Assembly: GCA_002269645.1 (NCBI GenBank)
Contig: NIVC01001564.1
Span: 124,001 to 188,000, forward strand
Source: Macrostomum lignano
Lineage: Eukaryota
Length of the DNA stretch: 64,000 nucleotides
Reading direction: 5' to 3'
Part shown: in pieces, positions 16,591 through 29,249 of the stretch
Layout of the letters: each line of letters opens with the position of its first letter
Numbering within the stretch: the stretch's first letter is position 1
Made by a program: the position numbers and the translations under genes
Notes under the pieces: generated by a model
The model's database searches: none
Seen by the model: only the letters and a program-made list of their open reading frames with translations
Told to the model about the DNA's origin: nothing

Positions 16591-17809
16591 TAATCCAAAA
16601 AATTATATATACTTCGGTATTAATTCACATGTTAATTGTGTGACTTCAATTATTTTTTATTCGCTATTACAATTGACAGGCAAAATTATAGGATGATGAT
16701 GATGTAATGTCCATTTGGGTTTCCAGTATAAAAACTGGCAGTCTAAAACTTGAATTATGTTATACGAGCTAGATTGATGTCGGATATTGTTTAAACGTAG
16801 TATTTGTTGTAGCGAACTCACCGAAGCTTTAACTAGTTAGTTAATTCCGGTAAATACAGGTCAAACCTTAGAGATTTAGTATATTGTGATGATTTTTCCT
16901 GTTTCACTATCTTAAACTATTCAGTAAAAATGAGTAGTCATGTACAATTTTATTTCTGCTTTTCATTTCACTAGCGCACTCTCTCAAATATGCACTATAA
17001 AGCAATGAAACTGATTTAGCTACTTATTCTATGGTGCTCTTGTTGTTTTTTGTTCATTGTCTTGTTTATTTTACTTTGCTGTAGATGTCTTGGTTATTTA
17101 CCTATATCCTACTGACATTGCTGAGTCCTGACTGAGTTATATATGAGCCGATTATTGATTATCGATTTATTTGATTGAAAAACAAACGCTCGATTCCAAG
17201 TGCAGTCACAATTATTTGGGGTTAAACTGAAATCTCAGTTTGTGATTGTGATTGTGAAGTGTACATGCCTAACGATAAATAAAGTTAGGGCCGCCGTACA
17301 CTCCTGTGTGTGTGCCTGTGCGTATGACTGCGTACGTATCCGCGCGCTTGTGTGCCTGATCAGGGGAGTCGGCGGAATGGACAGTCAGCAATGCCTCTCG
17401 CCGGTTGTGTGACAATGTCGCTTAATGTACACCAGGGCGCACACAGACCCCTGCCTCTAAAAATGGTTTGTAAGAAACAATCTGTGGTAAAATTTGCTTA
17501 AAATATTTGTTAAAACTACAAACAGTAAAATAAAAAATAAATAAACTTTTTTTTTTTTTTTTTGTTGGTAATGTTGAATTTAGACCAGGGTTGATTTATT
17601 AAGTTGCAAAGAAACAGTCAGACCGGTAAACACCGGTGTCAACATGTACATAGCAAAGTTGTTTAATTGTATAGAAATATTTTATAAGCAACACTAATTA
17701 AAAAACAGCACACGGGACACGCGCGGAAAAGTCTTCTAACCGTGGTCGAACCATTGACGCAGATAAAATGCAGAAGTAACTTAGTTAAACCGAAACTCTC
17801 TACCCACAT

Positions 17810-20800
17810 TCAGCTCTCATCGTCGCTGTCCTTTGCCAGACTGCCGAGCACCTCCGAGGGCACGGGCAGCTCAGAGATCTCAATGTTTTCTCCGCCACCT
17901 GTGCAATGAATTGTTCAATGGAATTATTAATTAGGCAATATTTTTGACTTTATATTTTAAAACAAGCAATGCACGCGGATTGCACTACTTGTATAGTAGA
18001 AATACAAGAAAATAACGCTCGTACAAATGGAAATAAAATCCGTATTACAGTATAAAATGCGATCTCATTGGGATTAATGAAGGGAAATTCTCAATGAGAT
18101 TCTCAGGCATTCAAAGACAATTCTCACTGAGATCTAAAGACGATTCTCAATGAGATTCTCAGATATTGAAAGACGATTCCTCAGGTATTCAAAAACAAAT
18201 CTCAATGAGATTCTCAGTTATTCAAAGACGATTCTCAGTGAGATTCTCAGGTATTCAAAGACGATTCTCAATGAGATTCCTCAGGTATTCAAAGACGATT
18301 CTCAATGAGATTCCTCAGGTATTCAAAAACGATTCTCAATAAGATTCTCAGGTTTTCAGAAGATTCTCAATGAGATTCTCAGGTATTCAAAAGACGATTC
18401 TCAATAAGATTCCTCAGGTATTCAAAAGACGATTCTTAATGAGATTCTCAGACATTCAAAGACGATTCTTAAAGAGATCTAAAGACGATTCTCAATGAGA
18501 TTCTCAATCAGTCAAAAATGATTTTGAATGAGATCTTTTTAAAAAAGTCTTTGAAGAAACCAAACCCCAACCCACTCACCATCGCTATCCTCTCCAGCCT
18601 CCTCCATCACTTCTCCGCCAGCGTCGCTATCCTCAGAGTCATCATCATCGCCGCCAATCTGGAGCTCCTCCGGATTCGCCTTGCCGCCAGCCCCGTTGCT
18701 ATTGGCAACGCCAGAGGCGGCCGACTCCGCAGCAGCAGGCGCAGTTCGCATAACCCCGGCGGGTTGCTCCTGATCTTTGCCGCGTACAAATAAAATTCCT
18801 TTAGGCTGAGCAGACTGCTGCTGCTGTTGCTCAAGAGCTCGCATCGGGTCGCTGCTCGAAGGGCCGGCAGAGTCCTCAGCCTGATCGTCCGAGTCAGCTG
18901 AACCAGCCGCAGCGGCCGCCGCAGCCGTATAATTGAGCTGAGTACTGAACGCCGCAGTCACTGACCGTTTCACCCTGAGCATCTCTCTGAGCGTCTCTTC
19001 GCTGCCGTTGGCAATCTCGAATTCTTGCCAGGCGTGCCAGAACTGCTCGTGCAGCCGCGGGTCGCAAATCTGGGCGCAGTAGGCGTAGACAGCCCTGGCC
19101 CGGTCCACTTCGCCTAGGCGGGTCTCCAGCTCGGCGAAGCGCAAACAGAACTCTCTGGCCTCGGCGTCCGGCAGAGATTCGATGGCTTTCTCGTACACTG
19201 CTCGGGTGTGGGTGACGCCTAGCAGCTCCGCCACCCTGCGAAACGGTTTTGTGGTTGGGTTTTCATAGTTAGTTGGTTAATAAGTAGGTCAGTCATTTCT
19301 GTTTGTCTGTTTGTCTGTCTGTCTGTCTTAGTGTCTGCCTGTCCGTCTGTCTTAGTGTCTGTCTGTCTATCTGTCTGTCTTAGTGTCTGTCTTAGTGTCT
19401 GCCTGTCCGTCAGTCAGTCAGTCAGTCAGTCAGTCAGTCAGTCGGTCAGTCAGTCAGTCAGTCAGTCAGTCAGTCAGTCAGTCAGTCAGTCAGTCAGTCA
19501 GTCAGTCAGTCAGTCAGTCAGTCAGTCAGTCAGTCAGTCAGTCAGTCAGTCAGTCAGTCAGTCAGTCAGTCAGTCAGTCAGTCAGTCAGTCAGTCAGTCA
19601 GTCAGTCAGTCAGTCAGTCAGTCAGTCAGTCAGTCAGTCAGTCAGTCAGTCAGTCAGTCAGTCAGTCAGTCAGTCAGTCAGTCAGTCAGTCAGTCAGTCA
19701 GTCAGTCAGTCAGTCAGTCAGTCAGTCAGTCAGTCAGTCAGTCAGTCAGTCAGTCAGTCAGTCAGTCAGTCAGTCAGTCAGTCAGTCAGTCAGTCAGTCA
19801 GTCAGTCAGTCAGTCAGTCAGTCAGTCAGTCAGTCAGTCAGTCAGTCAGTCAGTCAGTCAGTCAGTCAGTCAGTCAGTCAGTCAGTCAGTCAGTCAGTCA
19901 GTCAGTCAGTCAGTCAGTCAGTCAGTCAGTCAGTCAGTCAGTCAGTCAGTCAGTCAGTCAGTCAGTCAGTCAGTCAGTCAGTCAGTCAGTCAGTCAGTCA
20001 GTCAGTCAGTCAGTCAGTCAGTCAGTCAGTCAGTCAGTCAGTCAGTCAGTCAGTCAGTCAGTCAGTCAGTCAGTCAGTCAGTCAGTCAGTCAGTCAGTCA
20101 GTCAGTCAGTCAGTCAGTCAGTCAGTCAGTCAGTCAGTCAGTCAGTCAGTCAGTCAGTCAGTCAGTCAGTCAGTCAGTCAGTCAGTCAGTCAGTCAGTCA
20201 GTCAGTCAGTCAGTCAGTCAGTCAGTCAGTCAGTCAGTCAGTCAGTCAGTCAGTCAGTCAGTCAGTCAGTCAGTCAGTCAGTCAGTCAGTCAGTCAGTCA
20301 GTCAGTCAGTCAGTCAGTCAGTCAGTCAGTCAGTCAGTCAGTCAGTCAGTCACAGCGCACACACTGCAGTCAATTTACCTGTTAATATAAATGTTGAACA
20401 TGGGAGCACGCTGATTGGCTGGCAGGCGCTCCAACGCTCGCTCGTACACATTCATAGCTCGCTTGGCCAGTCCGTGCTCCTCTTCCAGCTTGGCGTACAG
20501 CAGGAAGAAGGGGCGGGACAGCTCCGCCGGGCAGTGCTCCAGGCACTGCTCAAATAGGTCCCGAGCACGCTCGAGCTTGGCGCCGCCGTAACGGTCGGAG
20601 AAATGAATCAAGTAGGTCTTCCACAGCTCCTCGACGTTCGGCCATTTGAATAGAGCGATGCCGCGTTCGTACACCTGCGAGTGACAACGCAGAACACTGC
20701 ATAGATACCACCAACTGGAACCCACACTTCAGAACACTAAATGGAACCCACACTTCAGAACACTAAATGGAACCCACACTTTATGACACCATCAAATGGA

Positions 20801-23800
20801 ACCCACACTTCAGGACACCATCAACTCGAACCCAAACTTCAGAACACCATCAAATGGAACCCACACTTCAGGACACTATCAACTGGAACCCAAACTTCAG
20901 AACACCATTAAATGGAACCCACACTTCAGGCCACCATCAAATGGAACCCAGACTTCAGGACACCATCAACTAGAACCCACACTTCAGAACACCATCAAAT
21001 GGAACCCACACTTCAGAACATCATCAAATGGAACCCAAACTTCAGAACACCATCAAATGGAACCCACACTTCAGGACACCATCAACTGGAACCCACACTT
21101 CAGAACACCAAATGGAACCCACACTTCAGGACACCATTAAATGGAACCCACACTTCAGAACACCATTAAATGGAACCCACACCTCAGGACACCATCAAAT
21201 GGAACCCACACTTCAGAACACCATCAACTGGAACCCACACTGCATAGATACCACAAACTAGAAACCCACACTTTATGACACCATCAAATGGAACCCACAC
21301 TGCATAGATACCACAAACTAGAAACCCACACTTTATGACACCATCAAATGGAACCCACACTGCATAGATACCACAAACTAGAAACCCACGCTTTATGACA
21401 CCATCAAATGGAACCCACACTGCATAGATACCACAAACTAGAAACCCACACTTTATGACACCATCAAATGGAACCCACACTGCATAGATACCACAAACTA
21501 GAAACCCACGCTTTATGACACCATCAAATGGAACCCACACTGCATAGATACCACAAACTAGAAACCCACGCTTTATGACACCATCAAATGGAACCCACAC
21601 TGCATAGATACCACAAACTAGAAACCCACGCTTTATGACACCATCAAATGGAACCCACACTGCATAGATACCACAAACTAGAAACCCACACTTTATGACA
21701 CCATCAAATGGAACCCACACTGCATAGATACCACAAACTAGAAACCCACACTTTATGACACCATCAAATGGAACCCACACTGCATAGATACCACAAACTA
21801 GAAACCCACGCTTTATGACACCATCAAATGGAACCCACACTGCATAGATACCACAAACTAGAAACCCACACTTTATGACACCATCAAATGGAACCCACAC
21901 TGCATAGATACCACAAACTAGAAACCCACGCTTTATGACACCATCAAATGGAACCCACACTGCATAGATACCACAAACTAGAAACCCACGCTTTATGACA
22001 CCATCAAATGGAACCCACACTGCATAGATACCACAAACTAGAAACCCACGCTTTATGACACCATCAAATGGAACCCACACTGCATAGATACCACAAACTA
22101 GAAACCCACACTTTATGACACCATCAAATGGAACCCACACTGCATAGATACCACAAACTAGAAACCCACGCTTTATGACACCATCAAATGGAACCCACGC
22201 TTCAGGACACCACCTGTAACTCACCCTAAAAGCCTCTTCAAAATAGGCGCTCTCCTCCAGCATAACGGCATAGTTAATAACAATCTGCGGAGTTGCGATC
22301 TGCAGATCCAGCATTCGGTCATAGGCAGCCCTGGCCGTGGCCAGAGTGCCATAGGATTCTTCTAAATCAACATAGAAAGACCAGAGCTTAAGCGACTTGT
22401 GCAGGCGGGCTTGCACAGGCTCTGACCGGTCGTAGAAATCCACTTTGTGCGACGGCGGGGCCACAGCTTTGGCCAGGAGGGCCAGAGCCTTCTCTGGCGG
22501 CCCGTGGCGCAGCTCCATCTCAGCCCACTGGCACCACACGTAGGCCAAATCGTCCACTGTTCTGCAGTGTTTGGAGGAATTTTATCTTCCTCATTTTTTG
22601 TCTGTTTTTAGTCCACTAAAATATTACCAGTGCCTTGCCCTTTCGCCCCTGAGAGTTTTTAACTACTTCGATATAATCTTCCAAGTCCCTGAATCGTCCA
22701 ATTATTGCAATTTTCTAACTTCATCAATTTTCAGAATCTCCCTAGTCTACCTAATCTTCTATATAATCTTTCTAATCTCTTCAGTCTTCCTAATCTACTA
22801 GATCTTCCTAATCCTTCTAATATTCCTAATCTCCTCAGTCTCCCTAATCTCCTCAATCTCCCTAATCCCCTCAATATCCGTAATCCCCTTAATCTCCCTA
22901 ATCTCCTTTATCTCCCTAATCTCCTCATCTTCCTAATCTCCTCAATCTTCCTAATCTTCTCAGTCTTCCTAATCTCCTCAGTCTTCCTAATCTCCTCAAT
23001 CTCCCTAATCCCCTTAATCTCCCTAATCTCCCCAATCTTCCTAATCTTCTCAATCTCCCTAATCTCCTCAATCTCCCTAATCCCCTTAATCTCCCTAATC
23101 TCCTCAATCTTCCTAATCTTCTCAATCTCCCTAATCTTCTCAATCTCCCTAATCTTCTCAATCTCCCTAATCTTCCCAATCTCCCTAATCTTCCCAATCT
23201 CCCTAATCTTCCCAATCTCCCTAATCTCCTCAATCTCCCTAATCCCCTTAATCTCCCTAATCTCCTCAATCTTCCTAATCTTCTCAATCTCCCTAATCTT
23301 CCCAATCTCCCTAATCTTCTCAATCTCCCTAATCTTCTCAATCTCCCTAATCTTCTCAATCTCCCTAATCTTCCCAATCTCCCTAATCTTCTCAATCTCC
23401 CTAATCTCCTCAATCTCCCTAATCCCCTTAATCTCCCTAATCTCCTCAATCTTCCTAATCTTCTCAATCTCCCTAATCTTCCCAATCTCCCTAATCTTCC
23501 CAATCTCCCTAATCTTCTCAATCTCCCTAATCTCCTCAATCTCCCTAATCCCCTTAATCTCCCTAATCTCCTCAATCTTCCTAATCTTCTCAATCTCCCT
23601 AATCTTCCCAATCTCCCTAATCTTCTCAATCTCCCTAATCTTCTCAATCTCCCTAATCTTCTCAATCTCCCTAATCTTCCCAATCTCCCTAATCTTCTCA
23701 ATCTCCCTAATCTCCTCAATCTCCCTAATCCCCTTAATCTCCCTAATCTCCTCAATCTTCCTAATCTTCTCAATCTCCCTAATCTTCCCAATCTCCCTAA

Positions 23801-25589
23801 TCTTCTCAATCTCCCTAATCTCCTCAATCTTTCTAATCTTCTCAATCTTTCTAATCTTCTCAATCTCCCCAATCTCCTCAATCTTCCTAATCTTCCTAAA
23901 TATTCCTGATCTCCTTAAATCATCCTAATCTCCTCTCTCTCTAATCTTGCTTTCCCCTATCTGTAAAATCCTCTTATTCCAATTGGAAGATATGAACAAT
24001 TCCCACCTGTGATCGGCAGCGGCAGCCTTTTCAAAAACAGTCCTAGCGTCAGACAGCTGGTCGTGCTTCTCGTAGAACTTGGCGAACTCCGTCCAGAGGG
24101 TGCAGGCCCGACCAGCGCTAGCCTTGTGCGGATCCACAGTCTTCACGGCCTCCATGTAGGTGCCGATCTGCTCAGCCGGCCGGTCCGCCAGCAGCTGCAC
24201 CCGCTTGTGCCACTCCGGCACGCAGTGCGGGTTCTGCCTGAGCAGCACGGAGTTCAACAGCAGCGGCCGGCGCTCAATCAGGTGCTCAAATCTGAGCATG
24301 GCCAAGTCAGACTCAAGCGACTCTTCAGAGTCACCGGCAGCGGCGGAGCCTTCCTCGGCTGCCTCCATCAGCTGGCGCACCAGGCCTTCCTCAAATTCGG
24401 CGCTGGCGTCGAACACCTGGCTGAAGTCGCGCACGGTGGTGACCGTGGCCAGGGCCTCTTCGAATACGTCTCTGCGGTTTGGGAGGCGGGAATAATTAAG
24501 GGATGGACTCCAAGAGGATTAGCTTTGAGCACTGAGAATGAATGGTCGATTGCTAGCGTCAAATTATACCTAAGTTGGATTTTAGACCAGGGTTCGATTC
24601 TCAATCTGAAGTACCCTGAGTTCGATTCTCGATCTGGAGTACCCTGAGTTCGATTCTCAATCTGGAGTACCCTGAGTTCGATTCTCAATCTGGGGTACCT
24701 GGGTTCGCGTCTCGATCTAAAGTACCTGGGTTCGATTCTCAATCCGGAGTACCTGGGTTCGCGTCTCGATCTAAAGTACCTGGGTTCGATTCTCAATCTG
24801 GAGTACCTGGGTTCGATTCTCAATCTGGAGTACCTGGGTTTGATTCTCGATGTGAAGTACCTGGGTTCGATTCTCAAGCTGGAGTACCTGGGTTTGATTC
24901 TGGCACCAAAGAGTACCTGGGTTCGATTCCGGCACCAAAGAGTAGCTGGGTTCGATTCTGGCACCAAAAACTACTTGGGTTCGAGCTGCTTGAACTCACC
25001 TGGCCCTGCTGATATTCCCAGCTCTTAAGTGCCATTCAGCCAGGGCAGTCCACAGTCTGCCAACCTGATCGGTGTACCGACTAATCCCCTGCCGAATAAT
25101 TGCCTCGGCGTTGACGCTGGTGACCTCCAATGGATTTCTCGACAGCAGATTGCACAGCTCCTGCCACAGAGCGTGCTTGGACTTGCCCCTTGAACTCTGA
25201 AACGAATCGTCATTGATGATGGCAACCAGGTTGGCAACGGCTTCGTCCAATCGCTGGTGCTCCAATAAAAAATCGACGAAATCTTCGCGACCTTCCGGCT
25301 TGAAGCGGACGTAGCGGCGGAGGACGCGCAGCGCCGTCTCCAGGCAGCCGTGCGGAGCGTGCAGGCGGACCAGGCGAAGGTAGGGCGGCCACAGCCGGTC
25401 GTGCTGGGTGAGGGGCAGCGAGCGGAGTGCGCGATCGAAGGCCCGGCGAGACTCGGTGATTCGGCCTTGCCTGTGGAGGTGCGAATTGGAGCAGCAATTG
25501 GAACACAATAAAGACACTAAGACACGAGGACACAGACAGACAGACAGAAAGACAGACAGATGGACAGACAGACACAGACACAGACAGAC

Positions 25590-25666
<77 letters not shown>

Positions 25667-26018
25667 GGCAGCCTTACCTGGTGAGAAAGCGGCAATAGTC
25701 CAGCCAGATTCTGGGCATCTTGTGCATGTGCACCAGCGCTCTCTCGTGAGCGGCATTGGCAACGCTGAGCTCAGCCTGCAGATCTGCATCGCTAACATCG
25801 GGCGAGTTGGCCCGCGCTCTGGCCAGCAGTCTCCGGTAGCGGAGGTAGCGGTACCAGAGTTTGTAGCTGCCCGGCAGCTGCTTCACCGCCCGTTCGTAGA
25901 TCTGGCACACAGCCACCGGGCGCCGGCCGTCAGCCTTGTGCTCAACATAGCGAAGCCAGGACTTCACTGAGTACGGGTTGCGAAGAATCTCCTCCTCGTA
26001 GGGGAGATCTTCTTCTTC
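17810..26018 (-). CDS. XAB2: Pre-mRNA splicing factor SYF1/XAB2. Exons: 26018-25678, 25470-25000, 24471-24007, 22561-22225, 20674-20379, 19235-18580, 17898-17810
   Basis: All junctions are GT-AG with consistent phases (2655 nt in total). The translation matches XAB2 throughout (EEDLPYEEEILRNP, LLLNSVLLRQNPH, IATPQIVINYA, KLERARDLFEQ, NPEELQIG). The start codon is in an upstream exon. Confidence 0.95.
18070..18505. repeat. ~33-bp minisatellite in the last SYF1 intron
   Basis: GATTCTCAATGAGATTCTCAGG units are visible. Confidence 0.9.
19295..20351. repeat. Microsatellite: short (TCTG)-like tract, then ~0.9 kb of pure (CAGT)n, intronic
   Basis: Directly visible in the sequence. Confidence 0.98.
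20696..22215. repeat. Intronic minisatellite: ~29-bp units (20.7-21.24 kb), then 16 copies of a 60-bp dimeric unit (21241-22200)
   Basis: The 60-nt display lines are identical except at one A/G site. Confidence 0.97.
22740..23925. repeat. Intronic 9-bp-based satellite (CTCAATCTC/CCTAATCTT) with a ~180-bp higher-order period
   Basis: Lines 23221/23401 and 23521/23701 are identical. Confidence 0.95.
24585..24985 (+). repeat. Intronic 27-29-bp minisatellite built on a tRNA T-arm/B-box (GTACCTGGGTTCGATTCTC)
   Basis: About 15 units are visible. Confidence 0.9.
25520..25670. repeat. (GACA)n microsatellite, intronic
   Basis: Directly visible in the sequence. Confidence 0.95.
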
Positions 26019-28823
26019 CTGAGGCGTGAGGGAATAAATAAACAGGGTGTTAATAATGCTACCAAAAAGGTAAAAAAACATATGTGAAAAGTTTATGTTT
26101 ATGAAGTTAATGAATTGAGCTTCTGATCCTGGCTAATATAAATTTCATCTTATCTCATCATGATTATAAAAATTTCATCAATATGACACAATTTAGAGTC
26201 TAAATACCAAAACTTCAACAATAAATGAACATTTTTGCCTCAAGGAGAATCATGGAATACACTTGGCATATAGAACTTTAAGGTCCAACACTGGTGTACA
26301 AAAATGGCCAATTTAGTTTGGCAGATATGGTATAGCAAAATTTTAATCAACCCTATTGGAATAAGTTTCAAAAACCTGCAGATACACGACACATGTGCAA
26401 AAAAGTAGCATAAATGTGTGACATAAGACAAAAGAATTAAAAAGTGCAACATGATGCAAAAAAATATTCATTTGAAAAATTAGAAAATTTGGCAGAAAAT
26501 GACAGGTAAACAACCAATACTGAAACCCAGAAAATAGAGTAAACATTCTGAAACTTTTTACTCAAAGTCTCAAATGACAACTATGTTACTTCCACAGTTG
26601 TTCACATACCATGCTTCTGGCACTGCTGCCAGTTGACCACAATGTGCTGCAACACAAATACTGCCCTGCTCTTCAACTCTACCACGCAATGCAACACTGC
26701 CTGCATTTTTTGAATTCCTGATTTCTTGAGTGAACAGCCAAAAATACTAAAATTTCCATTTCAGTGTACACCTTCCATGATCCAGACTATGGACTATAAG
26801 TATATATAAGATTCCATCAATCTTATACTTTTGCAAGTTTAATTATTTTCTAAGAATTTTAAATTTTGCATCTACTTACATCTAAAACCATTGTTTATTG
26901 TTGCATTTTTATTTTAGGACCACCCAGTAACTGGTTTTACTACTTGTAGTTGACAGTTTTGACAATTGATTTGTTGAAACTCATCAATCTTTTCATTGAA
27001 TCTAATAAAGTATTCATGATTACACTAGCCTTGGTTATGGTAGTGCACTAGGCCTAAGACTTGATTAAATTGCAGGACTATTTAAGTTATAAATTTATTC
27101 ATATCTGTGAATTGACCACTGACAAATTCTACCTACCAAACTGATAGTAGATTATAGTCATTACAGTGATACAACATTTTGACAACAAATGTTTTAGTGA
27201 CAAACAAAAGTAATTTTAATGAAAAGAAAAAGACCCTTTTGGTAATAGTCATTATGGTTTTAAACAAAAAATATCTTGCTAATTTTAAGTGATATAAAGC
27301 CTAAAATTTTGAAGGTTTGCTGAAACCTTAGTATTGCTTCATTTAATTTTTGTTTACTTTTATAAAGTTGCAATATTTTATATTTGTACATTTTCCAAAT
27401 TCAATGAATATTTCTCTTAGCTTTTTGGTAGGCAAATTATGAGGAGGATCATTTATGTTTATGTTTAAATATTCTAGGACAAATTCAAAATGATCTGTAT
27501 AAAAACAAAACAATAAAACAATTTAATTTTTTCAAAATATATTAATCTTTTGACAGAATTTTTGAAATTTACAAAATATAAATCTTAACAGAATAACTAC
27601 AAACTGATACTATGAAGTGCCTTCTATCACTAAAATGACCAACAACTCAACAAATTTTTCTTTTTTATCAAATGTGAAATGTGTTAATCATAGAAGCAAC
27701 TTGTTACCAAAATGTTTATCACTAAAACAACTTGGGCAATCTTTAAGATTTGTTTGCTAAATTTGAATTTGTGTGAAATTTGTGCTAAAATATGGCAGGA
27801 GACACAGAAACAATGTCTATAGGACAAAAAGTTGTATAGTCAAGACAGAAGGCAAGAAATTAAAAAAAAGTGAATGTCTATGGTAAACTATACTAAACTA
27901 CTATACTAAAGAGAGTCTATGGTAAACTATCCTAAACTACTGTACTAAAGAGAGGGGCACAAAGAAATTTCAAATTCTCATTATTGATTTTTGCTAGTAT
28001 AGATTTCTTATCATGGCTAGGGACATCCTGTAGTACCAAGTTTTATTGTCCAACAAAATTTGCTTCAGAACATTGCTAACCTAACCAACTAGAACTATAC
28101 TCTCTTTGAGCTTGGTAGTAAGCTGCAAGACATATGGTCAATAATCAATTGGCTGGCAATATATTGTTTAATTTGGAACTATTACCACTGCAGTTTTTGA
28201 CCAGCTAGCAAAATCATCATGCACCTTCAATGTCAAGCAGGTGATTGGTATGTCAAAGGCTTTACCTGGGATTGCAAGGATTGTCTATTGCAAACTTTAA
28301 TCTACAAGGACTCATTCTTTGAGGCCTGAAAGCTCAGCCTAGTGCAGCTAGTCTACAGCTCATTTACTAGTGGCTAATTGATGTGGAACAAGGAGAAGCT
28401 ATTAGACAAGCCTATAAACACTCATTAATTAGTATAATTTCATTATGGACATCTGTACCCAAGTACTCATTGACTATTTAATCAAACTAAGAGACCTTGG
28501 TCGAGAGATCAAAGTAGATAGGTCCTATTTTATGCATAGAAAATTTTATTAAGATGCACACTAGCCTGGCTAATAAGTGCCAAGAATAATAGAACATGGC
28601 ATTGGAAATGCATGATAGCACTAGTTGAAGATAGAACTGTGGCAACTTTGCTGCTAATTATTATTTGGCATATTTTTCCCAGGTACTCACATATTGATTG
28701 ATAGCTAACAAACATATAACCAACTACTTAACTCTGGTATTATGAACTACTAATTGCATTTTGTGAATTTGCAAGATGCAAAAATTTATATAAATCTTAT
28801 TGAAGGTTCATATAGGCTCATAC

Positions 28824-28841
28824 CAAAGCTTCCTTTGGCAT
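28824..28841 (-). CDS. XAB2: Candidate first coding exon of SYF1 (ATG CCA AAG GAA GCT TTG | GTATGA; MPKEAL)
   Basis: The phase-0 donor matches the phase-0 acceptor at 26018, and a GC-rich patch lies just upstream. There is no homology support, so this is inference only. Confidence 0.35.
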
Positions 28842-29249
28842 AATAGCTCGTACATAGCTTGAGTACTATACTTTTCAAGTCACTTCTTAAAGAATTTCTT
28901 TGTTGTTAAAACGAAGTGCCATTGAAACCGGCGCGGGTCAGTTCCGAAGAACTCTGCCGCAGTTATATTTTGTATTTGATCGAAAGAATTAAAAATATTT
29001 ACAGATTTCGATTTGAAAATTTATACGAATATTGAAATAAAAATATACATAAATAAAAACTATTTTTCAATATTTTGCAGTATTTTGCACGCATTTGGGG
29101 ATAAAAAAGAGGGGAGGGAAATCCCACACAAAGAAGGGATCTAATAAAAGCAGGATATCTAAAAAATACGTGCTAGGTATAAAGAATTTCTTTAGTGCAA
29201 GATATACTTATAAAATATATTTAGTAATATCATGTATTGGATTGGGCAC

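Larger units (their letters stand above)
15034..19430. repeat. Segmental duplication, copy 2 (contiguous with the rest of SYF1)
   Basis: It begins immediately after the LINE tail with TTATCTGATATTATGCCGGCC, matching 5133 onward. Confidence 0.95.

Noticed and set aside
19331-20557. Long ORFs of SVSQ repeats (408 and 335 aa; also 9282-9840)
   Set aside because: These are stop-free readings of (CAGT)n/(TCTG)n microsatellites inside a SYF1 intron.
21184-22224. 20-aa repeat extension (VWVPFDGVIK.GFLVCGIYA) in ORF 21184..22557
   Set aside because: A canonical AGG|GTGAGT donor at 22225 restores XAB2 homology, so the repeat is intronic. The array is also not a CRISPR array, because it has no unique spacers.
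22705-23928. 407-aa hydrophobic ORF and 318-aa RRLGRL ORF
   Set aside because: Both are artefacts of a 9-bp satellite lacking stops, and both are intronic.
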